From an uncultured cyanobacterium (GTDB lineage Bacteria > Cyanobacteriota > Cyanobacteriia > Phormidesmidales > Phormidesmidaceae), in NCBI GenBank assembly GCA_963793265.1, contig CAWBZI010000007.1, positions 288,001 to 352,000 of the forward strand: a stretch of 64,000 nt of DNA, read 5' to 3'. The translations under genes were made by a program, and so were the position numbers. This document shows positions 10,379 to 20,932 of this stretch, one piece after another. The notes beneath the pieces are model-generated. The model ran no database searches. It saw only the letters and a list, made by a program, of their open reading frames with translations, and had not been told where the DNA came from. Each line of letters begins with the position of its first letter. Position 1 is the stretch's first letter.

Positions 10379-10816
10379 ATGACTGCTGAAATTGCTGATC
10401 CTGTAGCCGAACTTTCTGTGTTCGTGTACGGCACCCTAAAGCCGGGCGGTCGCTTTCACCAACGGTATTGCAGTGAGGCGATAGAAATGACTCCGGCCTT
10501 AGTGAAAGGTCGGCTGTACGATTTTCCTCAGCTTGGATATCCAGCGATGACGGTAGGTGATGACTGGGTGAAGGGCTGCTTGATTCGGTTTCAGCAAGAA
10601 TTAGAAACGCAGACGAAGATTCTGCGACGGCTAGATTGGCTAGAAGGCTACAAAGCAGATCGCCTGCCCGCTGAGAACGACTATCAGCGCTGTTGGGTGA
10701 TGATATTTACGACAGACTACAAGCCTGCTGAGGAGGCTTGGGTTTATGTGATGGATGCAGATCGGGTGCGATCGCTCCACGGCATCTACTTACCCAGTGG
10801 AACCTGGCCAAGCTAA
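10379..10816 (+). CDS. Gamma-glutamylcyclotransferase (GGCT/AIG2-like) family protein
   Basis: VFVYGTLKPG, GYPAM, LDWLEGY, YQR, AWVY. Confidence 0.85.
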   Translation: MTAEIADPVAELSVFVYGTLKPGGRFHQRYCSEAIEMTPALVKGRLYDFPQLGYPAMTVGDDWVKGCLIRFQQELETQTKILRRLDWLEGYKADRLPAENDYQRCWVMIFTTDYKPAEEAWVYVMDADRVRSLHGIYLPSGTWPS

Positions 10817-13398
10817 GTGGGCTCCTGGCTCAAACACTGCGCCGTTTGCCAACTAGGAGAGGACACATCAGGTAAGGCCATAAGCGTTACCTGCCCGTTC
10901 TCATTACGCTGCCAGGCTACGGCCTCTGCAATAGCTTCTTCGGCGGCGATTGAAGCAGCTCGAACTATTGGCGTGTGACTAGCCGCAACTGTTCGAGCCA
11001 GCAGTGGGCGTGTGTCTTGCCAGGGCTGTAGGGACTGTAAAGTTTCACTCGGGTTCACCGAAAGTCCGCCGCGCCCCGAAGCGACGAACTGATTGCCTTG
11101 CGTGTCTGCGCAACCCGCTGCAATCTGCTGATCTTGATCGAGCAGCGTATCTGAAAGCGCTGCCGTGCCTGAACTAGGATCGACCTCGGGCGTACTGATT
11201 TTGACGGTGCCATTGAGGCCGAATTGGGAGCTAGCGGTGATATCGCTTTGGGGGGTGAGGCGATCGCGAAAAGCCGTCCCTAAAATGCTCTGCGTCGTAA
11301 TATCAATGTTGCCACCGTCGCCTTGAACAGCATTAGCAACAATATCACTGTTGCCAACTGCCACAATAGCAGGCGCTGAGATAGAGATGTTGCCGCCATT
11401 GCCGGTACCGTCAGACTCCACCGTTAAGCGGCTACCGTTTCTCATGACCAGCGAATCTTTTAGCTGTAGCTCAATATTGCCGCCTTCACCGTTAAATGTT
11501 CGCCCTCGAATCTCGCCAGAGTTAGCTAGCCGAACTGAATCGGCCACAATCAGAGCATTACCCGCATTGCCTGCACCCACGCTTTGCACATTGATGCCAA
11601 AAGCCCCGTCTATTGATAAAGCTGGCGTGCGAATGGTGACATTACCCGCGTTGCCACCGGGTCTTGAAAAAGGAATTCCTAAAAAAGCCTGCTCGGCTAG
11701 AGAGGGCGTTATCACAGAAGAGGTAATCGCATCACCACGTCGAGTCGTTGCTGAAGGGCCAGAGATATCTAAACGCTCAGCTGCATTAATTTCGATACTA
11801 CCAGCATCGCCATCGGTGATAGAAAGAGCTGCGATCGCTGCTGTATCTGAAATAGACAATAAGCGCGTATTAATCTCAACATTACCCACTTCCCCCACGC
11901 CGTAGTTAGTAACAGATATCGTGCTCGGAACGTCGCTCGCTCTATTTCGGCCTGATAGCGTCAGCGTATCTGCATTTACCTGCAAGTTGCCCGAGCGCCC
12001 TTGCGCAAAATTAATAGAGACAATACCACCACCCGCCGATAAGGTAGTGTCAGTAGCAGTAGCCGTGATGTTGCCAGAGGTTCCGGTTGCACCAATAGAC
12101 GCCGTAGCAATAGTGCTACTGAGGCCCTGATCAATTGCATTTACGCCTTCGATCTGTAACGTCTCAGCGATCTCTACGTTAATAGAGCCACTACTGGCAT
12201 CGGTAAAAGTAAACCCGGTGATACCCGCGCCTTCTTTTATTTGAAGGTTATCTGCCGAAACATGAATATTGCCGCTAGGCATAGCCCCCAACGTTTCACT
12301 GAAGATACCGCTGCGAACAGTCGTTTCAGCCTCGCTACCTATCAGTGAAAGTGTTCCATTCGCACTCACGCTTATAGCTTGTCCTGGGCCTGTCGCGAAG
12401 GAACCGCTTTGCCCTAGCAGCACTGAATTATCTAATAAGTTAATGTCTTCTCCAACGACTTGCGCTCTGCCCTGATCGCTCACAAATAGCTGTAGCGGAG
12501 AATTTGGCCTAAGTGCCATCGGTAGCCCGCTAACGTTAATCAATGACCTATTTACCAAGTCAACCGCAGCAAACGCTTCCACCTGAGCATAGTCAGTCGC
12601 AAACCCGAATGGCGTTTCGACCAAACCTATCTGATTGCCAGCCGCAACACTACCAACCTCCACATTCCCACTGTGCGCCGCCAATAGTCCACCCTCCAAC
12701 CGAACACCCTGGCCAAACAGTCCCAGCGTTTTACCTGGGTTAACCTGCAAGCCTCTGCTTGTCCCAATCTGAACGTGAGGGGCTAATATGCCAGTCTCTC
12801 TAGTACTCGGATTGATTTTAGTGAGATTGTGACCTGTATTGTTAACGGTAATGGCGCTAGAGGAATCGCCCATATTTAGCCCAATGGGCGCGCTCACGGT
12901 CAGCAGCGAAGGGGCCGACATACTCTCAGCACTGAAGACTTCACCATTGCTAAAAATAGCCTGCTCAGCGGTAGTCGCAACAAAAGAGCCTGGCAGGTTG
13001 AGCTGAGCAGTTGGCCCGAATACAATACCTGCTGGGTTGAGCAAAAAAAGATTGGCACCACTGCCAGAAATCTCTAGCGTACCGTGAATTTCAGAGGCAA
13101 TATTACCTGTTACTCTCGAAATAATATTCTCCACCGATGGCGTGGTCACAAAGGTAACTGTATCGGCAGGAGAAAGCGAGAATTGCTGGAAGCTATGAAA
13201 CAGATTTTGACCTGAAGCAGAGTCTCCTGTTGTCCTTCCGCCTGAGATAACACCGCTGTTGTTTTGTGTGCCTAAGCTGCCGTCAGGAATGACCTGTGCC
13301 TGGGTTGGCATTAAGAACCCTGCTATCCACAGCGACAACAAACCAGATTGAGCTGCCATAAATTTTGAGGCAGCAGCGATCACTTTATTTAATTTCAT
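10813..13398 (-). CDS. Filamentous haemagglutinin N-terminal domain (TpsA-like) secreted beta-helix protein
   Basis: Signal peptide ending AQ-VIPDGSLGT; NLFHSFQQFS, NIISRVTG, ANLFLLNPAGIVFGP; GxAGxI repeats; C-terminal SDITASSQFG...FVASGRGGL. Confidence 0.92.
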   Translation of the reverse strand: MKLNKVIAAASKFMAAQSGLLSLWIAGFLMPTQAQVIPDGSLGTQNNSGVISGGRTTGDSASGQNLFHSFQQFSLSPADTVTFVTTPSVENIISRVTGNIASEIHGTLEISGSGANLFLLNPAGIVFGPTAQLNLPGSFVATTAEQAIFSNGEVFSAESMSAPSLLTVSAPIGLNMGDSSSAITVNNTGHNLTKINPSTRETGILAPHVQIGTSRGLQVNPGKTLGLFGQGVRLEGGLLAAHSGNVEVGSVAAGNQIGLVETPFGFATDYAQVEAFAAVDLVNRSLINVSGLPMALRPNSPLQLFVSDQGRAQVVGEDINLLDNSVLLGQSGSFATGPGQAISVSANGTLSLIGSEAETTVRSGIFSETLGAMPSGNIHVSADNLQIKEGAGITGFTFTDASSGSINVEIAETLQIEGVNAIDQGLSSTIATASIGATGTSGNITATATDTTLSAGGGIVSINFAQGRSGNLQVNADTLTLSGRNRASDVPSTISVTNYGVGEVGNVEINTRLLSISDTAAIAALSITDGDAGSIEINAAERLDISGPSATTRRGDAITSSVITPSLAEQAFLGIPFSRPGGNAGNVTIRTPALSIDGAFGINVQSVGAGNAGNALIVADSVRLANSGEIRGRTFNGEGGNIELQLKDSLVMRNGSRLTVESDGTGNGGNISISAPAIVAVGNSDIVANAVQGDGGNIDITTQSILGTAFRDRLTPQSDITASSQFGLNGTVKISTPEVDPSSGTAALSDTLLDQDQQIAAGCADTQGNQFVASGRGGLSVNPSETLQSLQPWQDTRPLLARTVAASHTPIVRAASIAAEEAIAEAVAWQRNENGQVTLMALPDVSSPSWQTAQCLSQEPT

Positions 13399-13624
13399 AG
13401 ATTGTTACACGTTGCGAGAAATTTAGATTCTTATAAAAGTCATTCGACAGTAGGATGCCCTAGCCGTATTCAAGAGAGTCTCAGGTGATAGCTAAGACGC
13501 TAGGAAGACAGGTGATTGTACGGGTGGTTGCCGAAAGAAGCATGGGGGGAATTCTATCGAGGAATGCTGATGGTAGATTTTTGATCGCTTTTTGGTTAGG
13601 CAACTTTTAGTTAGGCAATAAATA

Positions 13625-16222
13625 ATGACGCGCACTTGGCAATATGTTGTGGCCAGTTTTTTAGGCGCAAGTGCCTTCAGTGGTGGTATTGCAGCAACGC
13701 CTGTTATGGCTTTCAATAGCGCTGATATGGGCGAGGTGCATCAGCAGGTTGCAGAGCGCGCAGTAGATGCAGATGCGATCGCCCACGGACGCCAGCTTTT
13801 TAACGAGGGTCAATTTTCTGCTGCCGCTGAAACTTGGCAAGCTGTTGCTGAAGCGGCTCGCCGCCAAAACGATGTAATAACAGAGACGATCGCACTAAGC
13901 TATAGCTCTCTAGCCCACCAAGAACTAAATCAGTGGGACAAAGCTCAGCAAGCTATCGACAGCAGCGTAGATCTTTTAGAGAACGATGCAGCTAGCAATG
14001 CTGATGCCGCACTATGGGCACAGGCGCTTAATACAAAAGCAAGTTTGGACTACTACTTAGGCCGAGCCGAACCCGCGCTAGAGCTGTGGGAGCAGGCGGA
14101 AGTGTTTTATCAGCAGGCCGATGATAGCGCAGGCGTTTTAGGCGCTCAAATCAACCAGGCGCAGGCGCTGCAAAGCTTGGGGTTTTACCGGCGATCGCGC
14201 CAGCAGCTCGAAAAAATTGCCCAGCAGCTCGGCTCTATGCCCGATTCTGAGCTAAAGATAAACGGCTTTAGAACCTTGGGAACGGCGCTTCAGGTACTCG
14301 GTGACTTATCGGCAAGCAGGGCAGCACTATTCGAGAGCGCTAACATCGCGATCGCTATCGATGCCACCAACGAACTCAGTGCGACCTATCTGAGCTTAGG
14401 CAGAACCGCCGCCGATTGGGGTGATGCTAATGCCGCTATAGATATGTTCGAGCGTGCTCAGTCAGCGGCCAAAAACCCTACCGATAAACTACAGGCTGAC
14501 CTCAGCCGACTGCGATTTTATGCCAACGGCGCTGATGCCGAAAAAGTTGATAGCGTCGCGACTGAAGTCGCACAGCAGCTAGAAGCCCTACCGGCCAGTC
14601 GATTGTCTGTATATGGCACGGTTAATCTTAGCGCCAGCTTAGCTAGATATAACGCCAGACAAAGTTCCAAACAAGATCGAGCAGCGCGATCGATCTCACG
14701 TTCTATCCCAATCGAACAAACAAACCAGCTACTCGCCAAAGCAGTAACAGCGGCCCGAGACTTGAACGACAAACAGGCTGAGGCGTACGCGCTCAATCAG
14801 TGGGGTTCGCTCTATATGCAAACCGAGCAGTGGTCAGACGCGCTTAAGCTTACGGAAAAATCGCTTGAAATTGCGCGCGCTATTAATGCAGATGATATTG
14901 CCTCTCAGTCGGCCTGGCAGTTGGGTCGTATTTTGAAGCAGCAAAACAATACGACCGAGGCGATCGCAGCCTACAGCGAGGCCGTCGATTCACTACAGTC
15001 TTTGCGAAGCGATTTGGTAGCGATTGATCCTGACGTACAGTTCTCTTTTCGAGAAAATGTAGAGCCTATCTATCGAGAGCTGGTGAGCCTGCTGCTCAAG
15101 GGTGACCCCCCCAGCCAAGAAAATTTAATGAAAGCCAGAGAGGTAATCGAGGCCCTTCAGCTTGCAGAGCTAGATAACTTCTTTCAAGAAGCCTGCATTG
15201 ACGCAGAGTCGGCTCAAATCGATCAGGTCGATACGCTTGCAACCGTCATCTATCCGATTATTTTGCCAGACAGGATAGCGGTGATTGCTTCTAGCGCGAA
15301 TCAACCGCTAGAGTACTATTCCACAGCGGTTAGTGCCGAAACGGTAGAAGCTACGCTGAATGACCTGTTAAGTGCGATTCATCCGGTTTCTGATAATCGC
15401 GATCGCCTGGCCCTATCTCAACAGGTCTACGATTGGCTGGTGCGCCCAGCAGAAGACTCTCAGCTAACCGCTAATAGCAAAACCATGGTGTTTGTGCTAG
15501 ACGGAAAGCTACGAAACATACCGATGGCCGCGCTCCATGATGGCGATCGCTATCTGATTGAAAAATACGCAGTGGCGCTCTCACCTGGCCTACAGCTGAT
15601 GAGTTCAAGGTCGCTCGACCAGATCAAAACTGACGCAGTTGTCGGCGGCATTAGCCAAGCCCGTAACGGCTTGAGCGCACTTCCTGCGGTAGAAGATGAA
15701 ATTGCAGATATCAGCCGTTTAGTATCTGCTGATACGCTTATCAATGAAGAATTCACCAGCGATAGCTTAGCCAAAGATATCAAAAATAGTTCAGCGAGCA
15801 TCGTGCATCTAGCCACCCACGGTCAGTTCAGTTCACGGCTCGAAGACACGTTTCTCTCCACCTGGGAAGGCCGCTTAAGTGTAAAAGAGCTATCTGAAAT
15901 TCTGCTGACCAGAGGACGGGCTAATGCTATTGAGCTGCTGGTGCTCAGCGCTTGCGATACTGCTTCAGGAGACGATCGAGCAGTGTTAGGGCTCGCCGGG
16001 CTCGCGGTAAAGTCAGGTGCGAGATCTACCGTTGCAACGCTGTGGCCAGTCAAAGACCAGGCCGCTGCCAAAATGATGAGAGTACTCTACGAAAATATTG
16101 GCGAGCCCAGTGTCAGTAAAGCCGAGGCGCTAAGGCAGGCACAGCTAGCTTTACTCGCAGATCCTGGCTACAGCGATCCGTTCTTCTGGTCGGCCTATAC
16201 GCTCGTTGGAAACTGGCAGTAA
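13625..16222 (+). CDS. TPR + CHAT (caspase/HetF-like) domain protein with N-terminal signal peptide
   Basis: TPR-like repeats; LQLAELDNFF; HLATHGQFS (catalytic His) and LVLSACDTA (catalytic Cys); ATLWPV; PFFWSAY. Confidence 0.93.
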   Translation: MTRTWQYVVASFLGASAFSGGIAATPVMAFNSADMGEVHQQVAERAVDADAIAHGRQLFNEGQFSAAAETWQAVAEAARRQNDVITETIALSYSSLAHQELNQWDKAQQAIDSSVDLLENDAASNADAALWAQALNTKASLDYYLGRAEPALELWEQAEVFYQQADDSAGVLGAQINQAQALQSLGFYRRSRQQLEKIAQQLGSMPDSELKINGFRTLGTALQVLGDLSASRAALFESANIAIAIDATNELSATYLSLGRTAADWGDANAAIDMFERAQSAAKNPTDKLQADLSRLRFYANGADAEKVDSVATEVAQQLEALPASRLSVYGTVNLSASLARYNARQSSKQDRAARSISRSIPIEQTNQLLAKAVTAARDLNDKQAEAYALNQWGSLYMQTEQWSDALKLTEKSLEIARAINADDIASQSAWQLGRILKQQNNTTEAIAAYSEAVDSLQSLRSDLVAIDPDVQFSFRENVEPIYRELVSLLLKGDPPSQENLMKAREVIEALQLAELDNFFQEACIDAESAQIDQVDTLATVIYPIILPDRIAVIASSANQPLEYYSTAVSAETVEATLNDLLSAIHPVSDNRDRLALSQQVYDWLVRPAEDSQLTANSKTMVFVLDGKLRNIPMAALHDGDRYLIEKYAVALSPGLQLMSSRSLDQIKTDAVVGGISQARNGLSALPAVEDEIADISRLVSADTLINEEFTSDSLAKDIKNSSASIVHLATHGQFSSRLEDTFLSTWEGRLSVKELSEILLTRGRANAIELLVLSACDTASGDDRAVLGLAGLAVKSGARSTVATLWPVKDQAAAKMMRVLYENIGEPSVSKAEALRQAQLALLADPGYSDPFFWSAYTLVGNWQ

Positions 16223-16412
16223 CAGAGTTTTGATCAGGGCCATTGTCATCCGTAGCTTGCGTAGTCCACTTAGTAAAAAGTACGCAATCGTTTCAGTAGT
16301 TTTGCACACACCTCTTAGAAGATTTACACAAATTTCCGAAGGGCTACCGTACGCACCGGAAAGGGCAAGTTCTTACTATGGATAACAGCAAGACTGTAAT
16401 TAGGAGCGCGCT

Positions 16413-17423
16413 ATGAAACAACATCGGTTAGCAAAGACTTGGGGCATAGCTGCCTTAACGGCTGTTTCAGCAATCGGCACAGGATGGCGCTATCCAAATG
16501 CTGCCTACGCCGTTACTTTCGAGCCGCCAACAGATCAAGCACCTCATTCAACAACGGGCGGCGCTTCCCGCAGCAGCGTTTTTACCCCACCCAATGACCT
16601 GGCTCCCGTAAACACCACAGGCGGATCTTCTCGGGGTGGATTCTTTACCCCACCCGCTGACAACGCGACGCCTCAAAACGGAACAGCCGGTGCCTCTCGC
16701 GGCAACTTCTTTGCGCCACCTGCTGACAATGCCGCACCTCACAACGCTGCGGGCGGAGCCTCTCGCAGTGACTCATTTGCACCACCGCCTGAGAATGCGA
16801 CGCCTCAAAACACTTCCGGGGGCGCTGCCAGAGGAGAGGGATTAGCTCGGAGTAATGTCTATGGCGTTACCTACTCACCAGAAGGCGTAACTATCCCTGC
16901 CATGATGGCTGTTATGCCTGATACTTTCTATGGCACAACCTTAGAAGCTAGGCCAACTGTTCTTGTCTATACACCGGCTTCTAACGCTGAAGAAGCTATT
17001 TTTAGCCTGAAAGATGAAGCCAAAAACATGGTTTATCAGATGCCAGTCGCTATCCCGGCTGGTGGAGGTGTTATGGCCATCGAACTACCCGCTGATGCCC
17101 CTGAGCTAGCAGTCGGTGAAAACTATCAGTGGTATGTTGCTATGAAGCTAGACAATGAGCTGAGTCCTGCTAGCCCATTTGTAGATGGATGGATTAGTCG
17201 AATTGCGCCCGAACCTCAGCTAACAACAGCATTAAGCCAGGGCGATGCCCTAGCTAAAGTTGAAGCATTAGGGGCCCATGGCATTTGGTACGATACCGCA
17301 GCACAGCTAGCCCTATTAAAAGAGGCTGACGGTAGCGAGGTGATGAGTACTCATTGGTACGAGCTACTGGAGGCTGTAGGGCTCGCAGAGATTGCCTCAG
17401 CGCCTATTGATATTGTTGAGTAG
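16413..17423 (+). CDS. DUF928 domain protein with signal peptide and five N-terminal repeats
   Basis: GTTLEARPTVLVYTP, LAVGENYQW, VDGWISRI, GIWYDTAAQL, WYELLEAVGL; AYA signal-cleavage site. Confidence 0.88.
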   Translation: MKQHRLAKTWGIAALTAVSAIGTGWRYPNAAYAVTFEPPTDQAPHSTTGGASRSSVFTPPNDLAPVNTTGGSSRGGFFTPPADNATPQNGTAGASRGNFFAPPADNAAPHNAAGGASRSDSFAPPPENATPQNTSGGAARGEGLARSNVYGVTYSPEGVTIPAMMAVMPDTFYGTTLEARPTVLVYTPASNAEEAIFSLKDEAKNMVYQMPVAIPAGGGVMAIELPADAPELAVGENYQWYVAMKLDNELSPASPFVDGWISRIAPEPQLTTALSQGDALAKVEALGAHGIWYDTAAQLALLKEADGSEVMSTHWYELLEAVGLAEIASAPIDIVE

Positions 17424-17468
17424 TTGGACAGTGTAGTTAGACATTCACTAAGTATTGACACGAGGATT

Positions 17469-17509
17469 AAAGGCGGACGAGCGTTGAGGCTCGCTCCGCT
17501 TTTTTCTTT
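17469..17509 (+). terminator. Intrinsic terminator after the DUF928 gene
   Basis: GCGGACGAGC-loop-GCTCGCTCCGC stem (one bulge) followed by TTTTTTCTTT. Confidence 0.7.
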
Positions 17510-17516
17510 GCCTAAT

Positions 17517-17550
17517 TTTTGACTGGCTTCTTTTGACTGGCTTCTTTTGA
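17517..17550. repeat. Tandem 14-nt repeat TTTTGACTGGCTTC, about 2.4 copies
   Basis: ttttgactggcttc ttttgactggcttc ttttga. Confidence 0.8.
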
Positions 17551-17636
17551 ATGGAAGGGCTAAGAGCAACGACTCAATTGTAGGTAGTAGGATAGAGAAA
17601 CAAGCTGTTCTGTGGCGATTGATAGTGGTTGAAAAG

Positions 17637-18833
17637 ATGTCGGTGATTGAGGATATTTTAGAGAGGGCTTTAGCCGGAGACGATATTTCGGTTGCCGATG
17701 GCGTTGCTTTGTTGAAAGTAAAAAATATTGAGCAAAAGGAACGCGTTCGCAGCACCGCAGATACACTCAGGCAGCGACAGGTAGGTGATACGGTCACCTA
17801 CATTCTCAATCGAAATATTAACTACACCAATATCTGCGAGCAGCACTGTAGCTTCTGCGCGTTTCGACGAGATGCCGATCAGTCCGGGGCCTACTGGGTA
17901 GATTGGAGCGGCATTTTAGAGAAGGCGACGGAGGCAGCTCAGTTAGGTGCGACAGAAGTCTGTATGCAGGGCGGCTTGAATCCTCAGGCAAAGATTGCAG
18001 GTACGTCGCTAGGCTATTACCGTAAGCTGGTAGAAACGATTAAAGCCGCTTCGCCTGATCTGCACGTCCATGCGTTTTCCCCTCAAGAAGTGCAGTTTAT
18101 TGCTAGAGAAGACGGGCTCACGCTCGAAGCCGTTTTAGTTGAGCTGCGCGATGCGGGCGTGGGCTCGCTACCAGGAACAGCCGCAGAGGTGCTAGATGAT
18201 AGCGTGCGGCGAATACTTTGCCCTGAGAAAACAACTGCCGCAGAGTGGTTAGAAATTGTTGGCCTAGCGCACAAAGTAGGACTGCCGACCACTAGCACTA
18301 TGCTATCGGGACATATTGAGACGATTGAGCAACAGGTTGTTCATTTAGATTTGCTACGACAGCTTCAACAGCGCTCTCTTGCCGCTGAATATGTTGGAAT
18401 ATCAGAGTTTATATTGCTGCCGTTTGTTGGACAAGAAGCGCCTAAACCGTTGAGACGTAGGGTAGGCCGCGACCAGCCTGTTTTAGAAGATGCTTTGCTG
18501 CTGACGGCGGTGGCCAGGATTTTCCTGGGAAATTGGATTGTGAATCATCAGCCAAGCTGGGTGAAGCTGGGCTTAGTGGGGGCGACTGAGGCTTTGCGGT
18601 GGGGCTGCAATGATATTGGTGGCACGCTGATGGAAGAGCATATTACGTCTATGGCTGGGGCGACTGGGGGAACTTGCCAAAGTGAGGAAGATTTGGTGGC
18701 AGCGATCGCCTCTACCGGTCGGCAGGCAAAGCAGCGAGATACGCTGTATAGCCACAAGCAAAATAATGTTAAGACTGCTGCGGCTGTTGGTCGTGCAAAG
18801 CTTGTAGCAGCGCCACAAGTTCAGTGCGGATAG
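17637..18833 (+). CDS. cofH: FO synthase subunit CofH (radical SAM)
   Basis: [19 protein letters not shown] (CxxxCxxC), [38 protein letters not shown]. Confidence 0.88.
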   Translation: MSVIEDILERALAGDDISVADGVALLKVKNIEQKERVRSTADTLRQRQVGDTVTYILNRNINYTNICEQHCSFCAFRRDADQSGAYWVDWSGILEKATEAAQLGATEVCMQGGLNPQAKIAGTSLGYYRKLVETIKAASPDLHVHAFSPQEVQFIAREDGLTLEAVLVELRDAGVGSLPGTAAEVLDDSVRRILCPEKTTAAEWLEIVGLAHKVGLPTTSTMLSGHIETIEQQVVHLDLLRQLQQRSLAAEYVGISEFILLPFVGQEAPKPLRRRVGRDQPVLEDALLLTAVARIFLGNWIVNHQPSWVKLGLVGATEALRWGCNDIGGTLMEEHITSMAGATGGTCQSEEDLVAAIASTGRQAKQRDTLYSHKQNNVKTAAAVGRAKLVAAPQVQCG

Positions 18834-19365
18834 ATTGATGGGTGCAGTCGGCGTCGGGGTGAGGAGCGGTGTCTGGACGCTGGAAGTAGGGGCGATCACC
18901 TGTGAGCTTGCCTTGAGCAATCGCGACTTGCCGCGCAAATTCGTGGAAGGTCGTCGGCTCGGCTAGGATGCTTGCAGTAATTTGAGCTAGAGCAATCAGC
19001 GGTGTGTCGAGCTGACGGCTCACGCGAATGTCTTGGCTAACCCAGCTCTGAAGAGCTGTAGAAAGCGCGCTAGTATTAGGGTTCGCAAGATATTTAAGGA
19101 TGAACCGATTGATCTTAGCTGTAGCCCGTAGCGGGCGCGGAACGGTTGATTCGCCCTTCATAAAGCTACCGCCCTCTCGGCCAATGGCTTCGGCTAGTGA
19201 GAACTTGCGCTGCGCTCGGATTTCTCTTTGGAGGTCGTTTAGATTGTTTGGGGTTGAGTTGGGCTTGGATTCAGGCGGAAGGGGGTGTGATCGCTGCCCA
19301 GGCTGTTGAGAATCTGGGACATTAAAATTCAGATAAAACCATAGCTTTCTAAGAAAAGAGATCAT
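18769..19365 (-). CDS. Hypothetical protein
   Basis: 198-aa ORF with a globular-looking core ([30 protein letters not shown]); convergent 65-nt overlap with cofH. Confidence 0.7.
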   Translation of the reverse strand: MISFLRKLWFYLNFNVPDSQQPGQRSHPLPPESKPNSTPNNLNDLQREIRAQRKFSLAEAIGREGGSFMKGESTVPRPLRATAKINRFILKYLANPNTSALSTALQSWVSQDIRVSRQLDTPLIALAQITASILAEPTTFHEFARQVAIAQGKLTGDRPYFQRPDTAPHPDADCTHQSIRTELVALLQALHDQQPQQS

Positions 19366-19467
19366 AAGAGATTTTCGTTATTCGTAAGCAATATTACTTT
19401 TTTGGCGGCAGTGCCTCTACGTACATCTACGGCGGGAACCCTTAGTAGAAAATATATTGAAGAAAAT

Positions 19468-20121
19468 ATGCTGGGTATTAATAAGCAAGCTGGGGTTTCG
19501 CTTTTATGGGTAGGCGTTAACTTCGTTGGGATTTTAGCGGGCACGCTAGTCGCCTTTTTTCTGTACACGTTTCTCACGCTAAACAACAATATTACGCTAG
19601 ATGCCGTAAAACTACTGGCTCAGCTCGCTATCTGCGGTGCCGTTCAAGGGTTCATTGTAGCTGGGCTGCAGACCATTGTTCTGTTGCTTGGCAAGCTAAA
19701 GCTAGTGCAGTGGCTAGTGACTAATATGCTCAGTATGGCGGCTGGTATGGCCGCACCTACCGCCTATGCGATCGCGATTCATCCTAACTTTGAAGCAACC
19801 GTTTCTTTTAACCAATACGTGATGTCTGGCTGGGTGCTCTCTTGGGTGTTGGCGGGTGCTAGCGGTGGCATTGTGCTTGGGCAGGGGCGATCTCAAAAGA
19901 TTCGCTGGGCCACCTTGAACGCAGCCGCTTACCTCTACTGGGGACTCTCAGCAGCTTGGGGGATGCGCTTGCTGGATGCGGCGCTATATGGCGTCTCGAC
20001 ACTATCGACCCGCTGGGGACGTAGCCTACTATTGATTGGACTAATGCTGAGCATAGGCGCTTGGCTGCATAGCTACGTGTTTAGAGGCGTAGCGCGAAGA
20101 CGTAACCGCGTAGAAATCTAG
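19468..20121 (+). CDS. Hypothetical integral membrane protein
   Basis: About 6 hydrophobic segments; ATG at 19468. Confidence 0.65.
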   Translation: MLGINKQAGVSLLWVGVNFVGILAGTLVAFFLYTFLTLNNNITLDAVKLLAQLAICGAVQGFIVAGLQTIVLLLGKLKLVQWLVTNMLSMAAGMAAPTAYAIAIHPNFEATVSFNQYVMSGWVLSWVLAGASGGIVLGQGRSQKIRWATLNAAAYLYWGLSAAWGMRLLDAALYGVSTLSTRWGRSLLLIGLMLSIGAWLHSYVFRGVARRRNRVEI

Positions 20122-20241
20122 CTAGCGATCATCCTATTGCTACTACACATAAAACAGTTAAAGAGAAGCAGGCGATGAAGGATCATTCCCAAAGTGTGTT
20201 TTAAGATACATATTTGATCCCTCAGTAGTGATGACGAGCTA

Positions 20242-20267
20242 AAAAGTAGCTACGCGCTAGCTATTTT
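20242..20267 (+). terminator. Possible hairpin/terminator
   Basis: AAAAGTAGCTA-CGCGC-TAGCTATTTT inverted repeat; weak AT-rich stem. Confidence 0.3.
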
Positions 20268-20932
20268 ATCCCTGAAGAAATTTATTTAAGTATTATTTTA
20301 CTAAAACGGTAGAAACCTGCCTTGAGAAAGGGATACAGGCAGATAAAATCTCGCAAGCGATATTCTAAGATAAAGACATACGCTTCCTACATGCCATAAT
20401 GTTTTGATTTTCTGACAATCGAAAGATTGTGTCTAGCAAGAGATATTGAAAGTATTGTCTTTATTTTTCTCTTGACTACTGAACTTCATACAAGCTCGCT
20501 GTTTTCCATCAGTTACTGATGTCTGCTTTTTTTAGAATGCCTCAAACAACTGATATGAAGCAATTGGGTAGCGATTTATCTTGTGAGCATAACCTAGTAC
20601 TAAGCCGAATATCTGACTTAGCTTCACATACATCGCTGAGCATTTTATATATTCTTTAGCCGCTTGAAGTGCTTCTTTTTACAAAGCAAAAACAAAAAGC
20701 TTCAGTATCACGTATGTCTATCATTAAGGAGATGTATTAGCGTCAGGAATCTTACTGATAGCCTGCATACTTGACTCTTTTGCGAATGCGAGATAATACT
20801 GACATCATCTATTAAGAGCGCTGAATGACGATAATATTATGACTTTCTGGCTGTACTGTTGGCGACTTTTGTAAAGAGCCAAAAGATATTTTTATCGACC
20901 TAACAATTTAATTTACGAGCTGAAAAGAATCC

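Noticed and set aside
16512..16835. DUF928 internal repeats as a CRISPR array
   Set aside because: The period is 60-66 nt, but the units are in frame, conserved at protein level and lack identical DNA repeats.
18769..18833. Functional significance of the 65-nt convergent overlap between cofH and its neighbour
   Set aside because: Only low-complexity C-terminal tails overlap, which is most simply stop-codon drift.
20195..20210. NtcA-like TGTG-N8-TACA
   Set aside because: One mismatch, more than 700 nt from the next start codon, and in AT-rich DNA where chance matches are likely.
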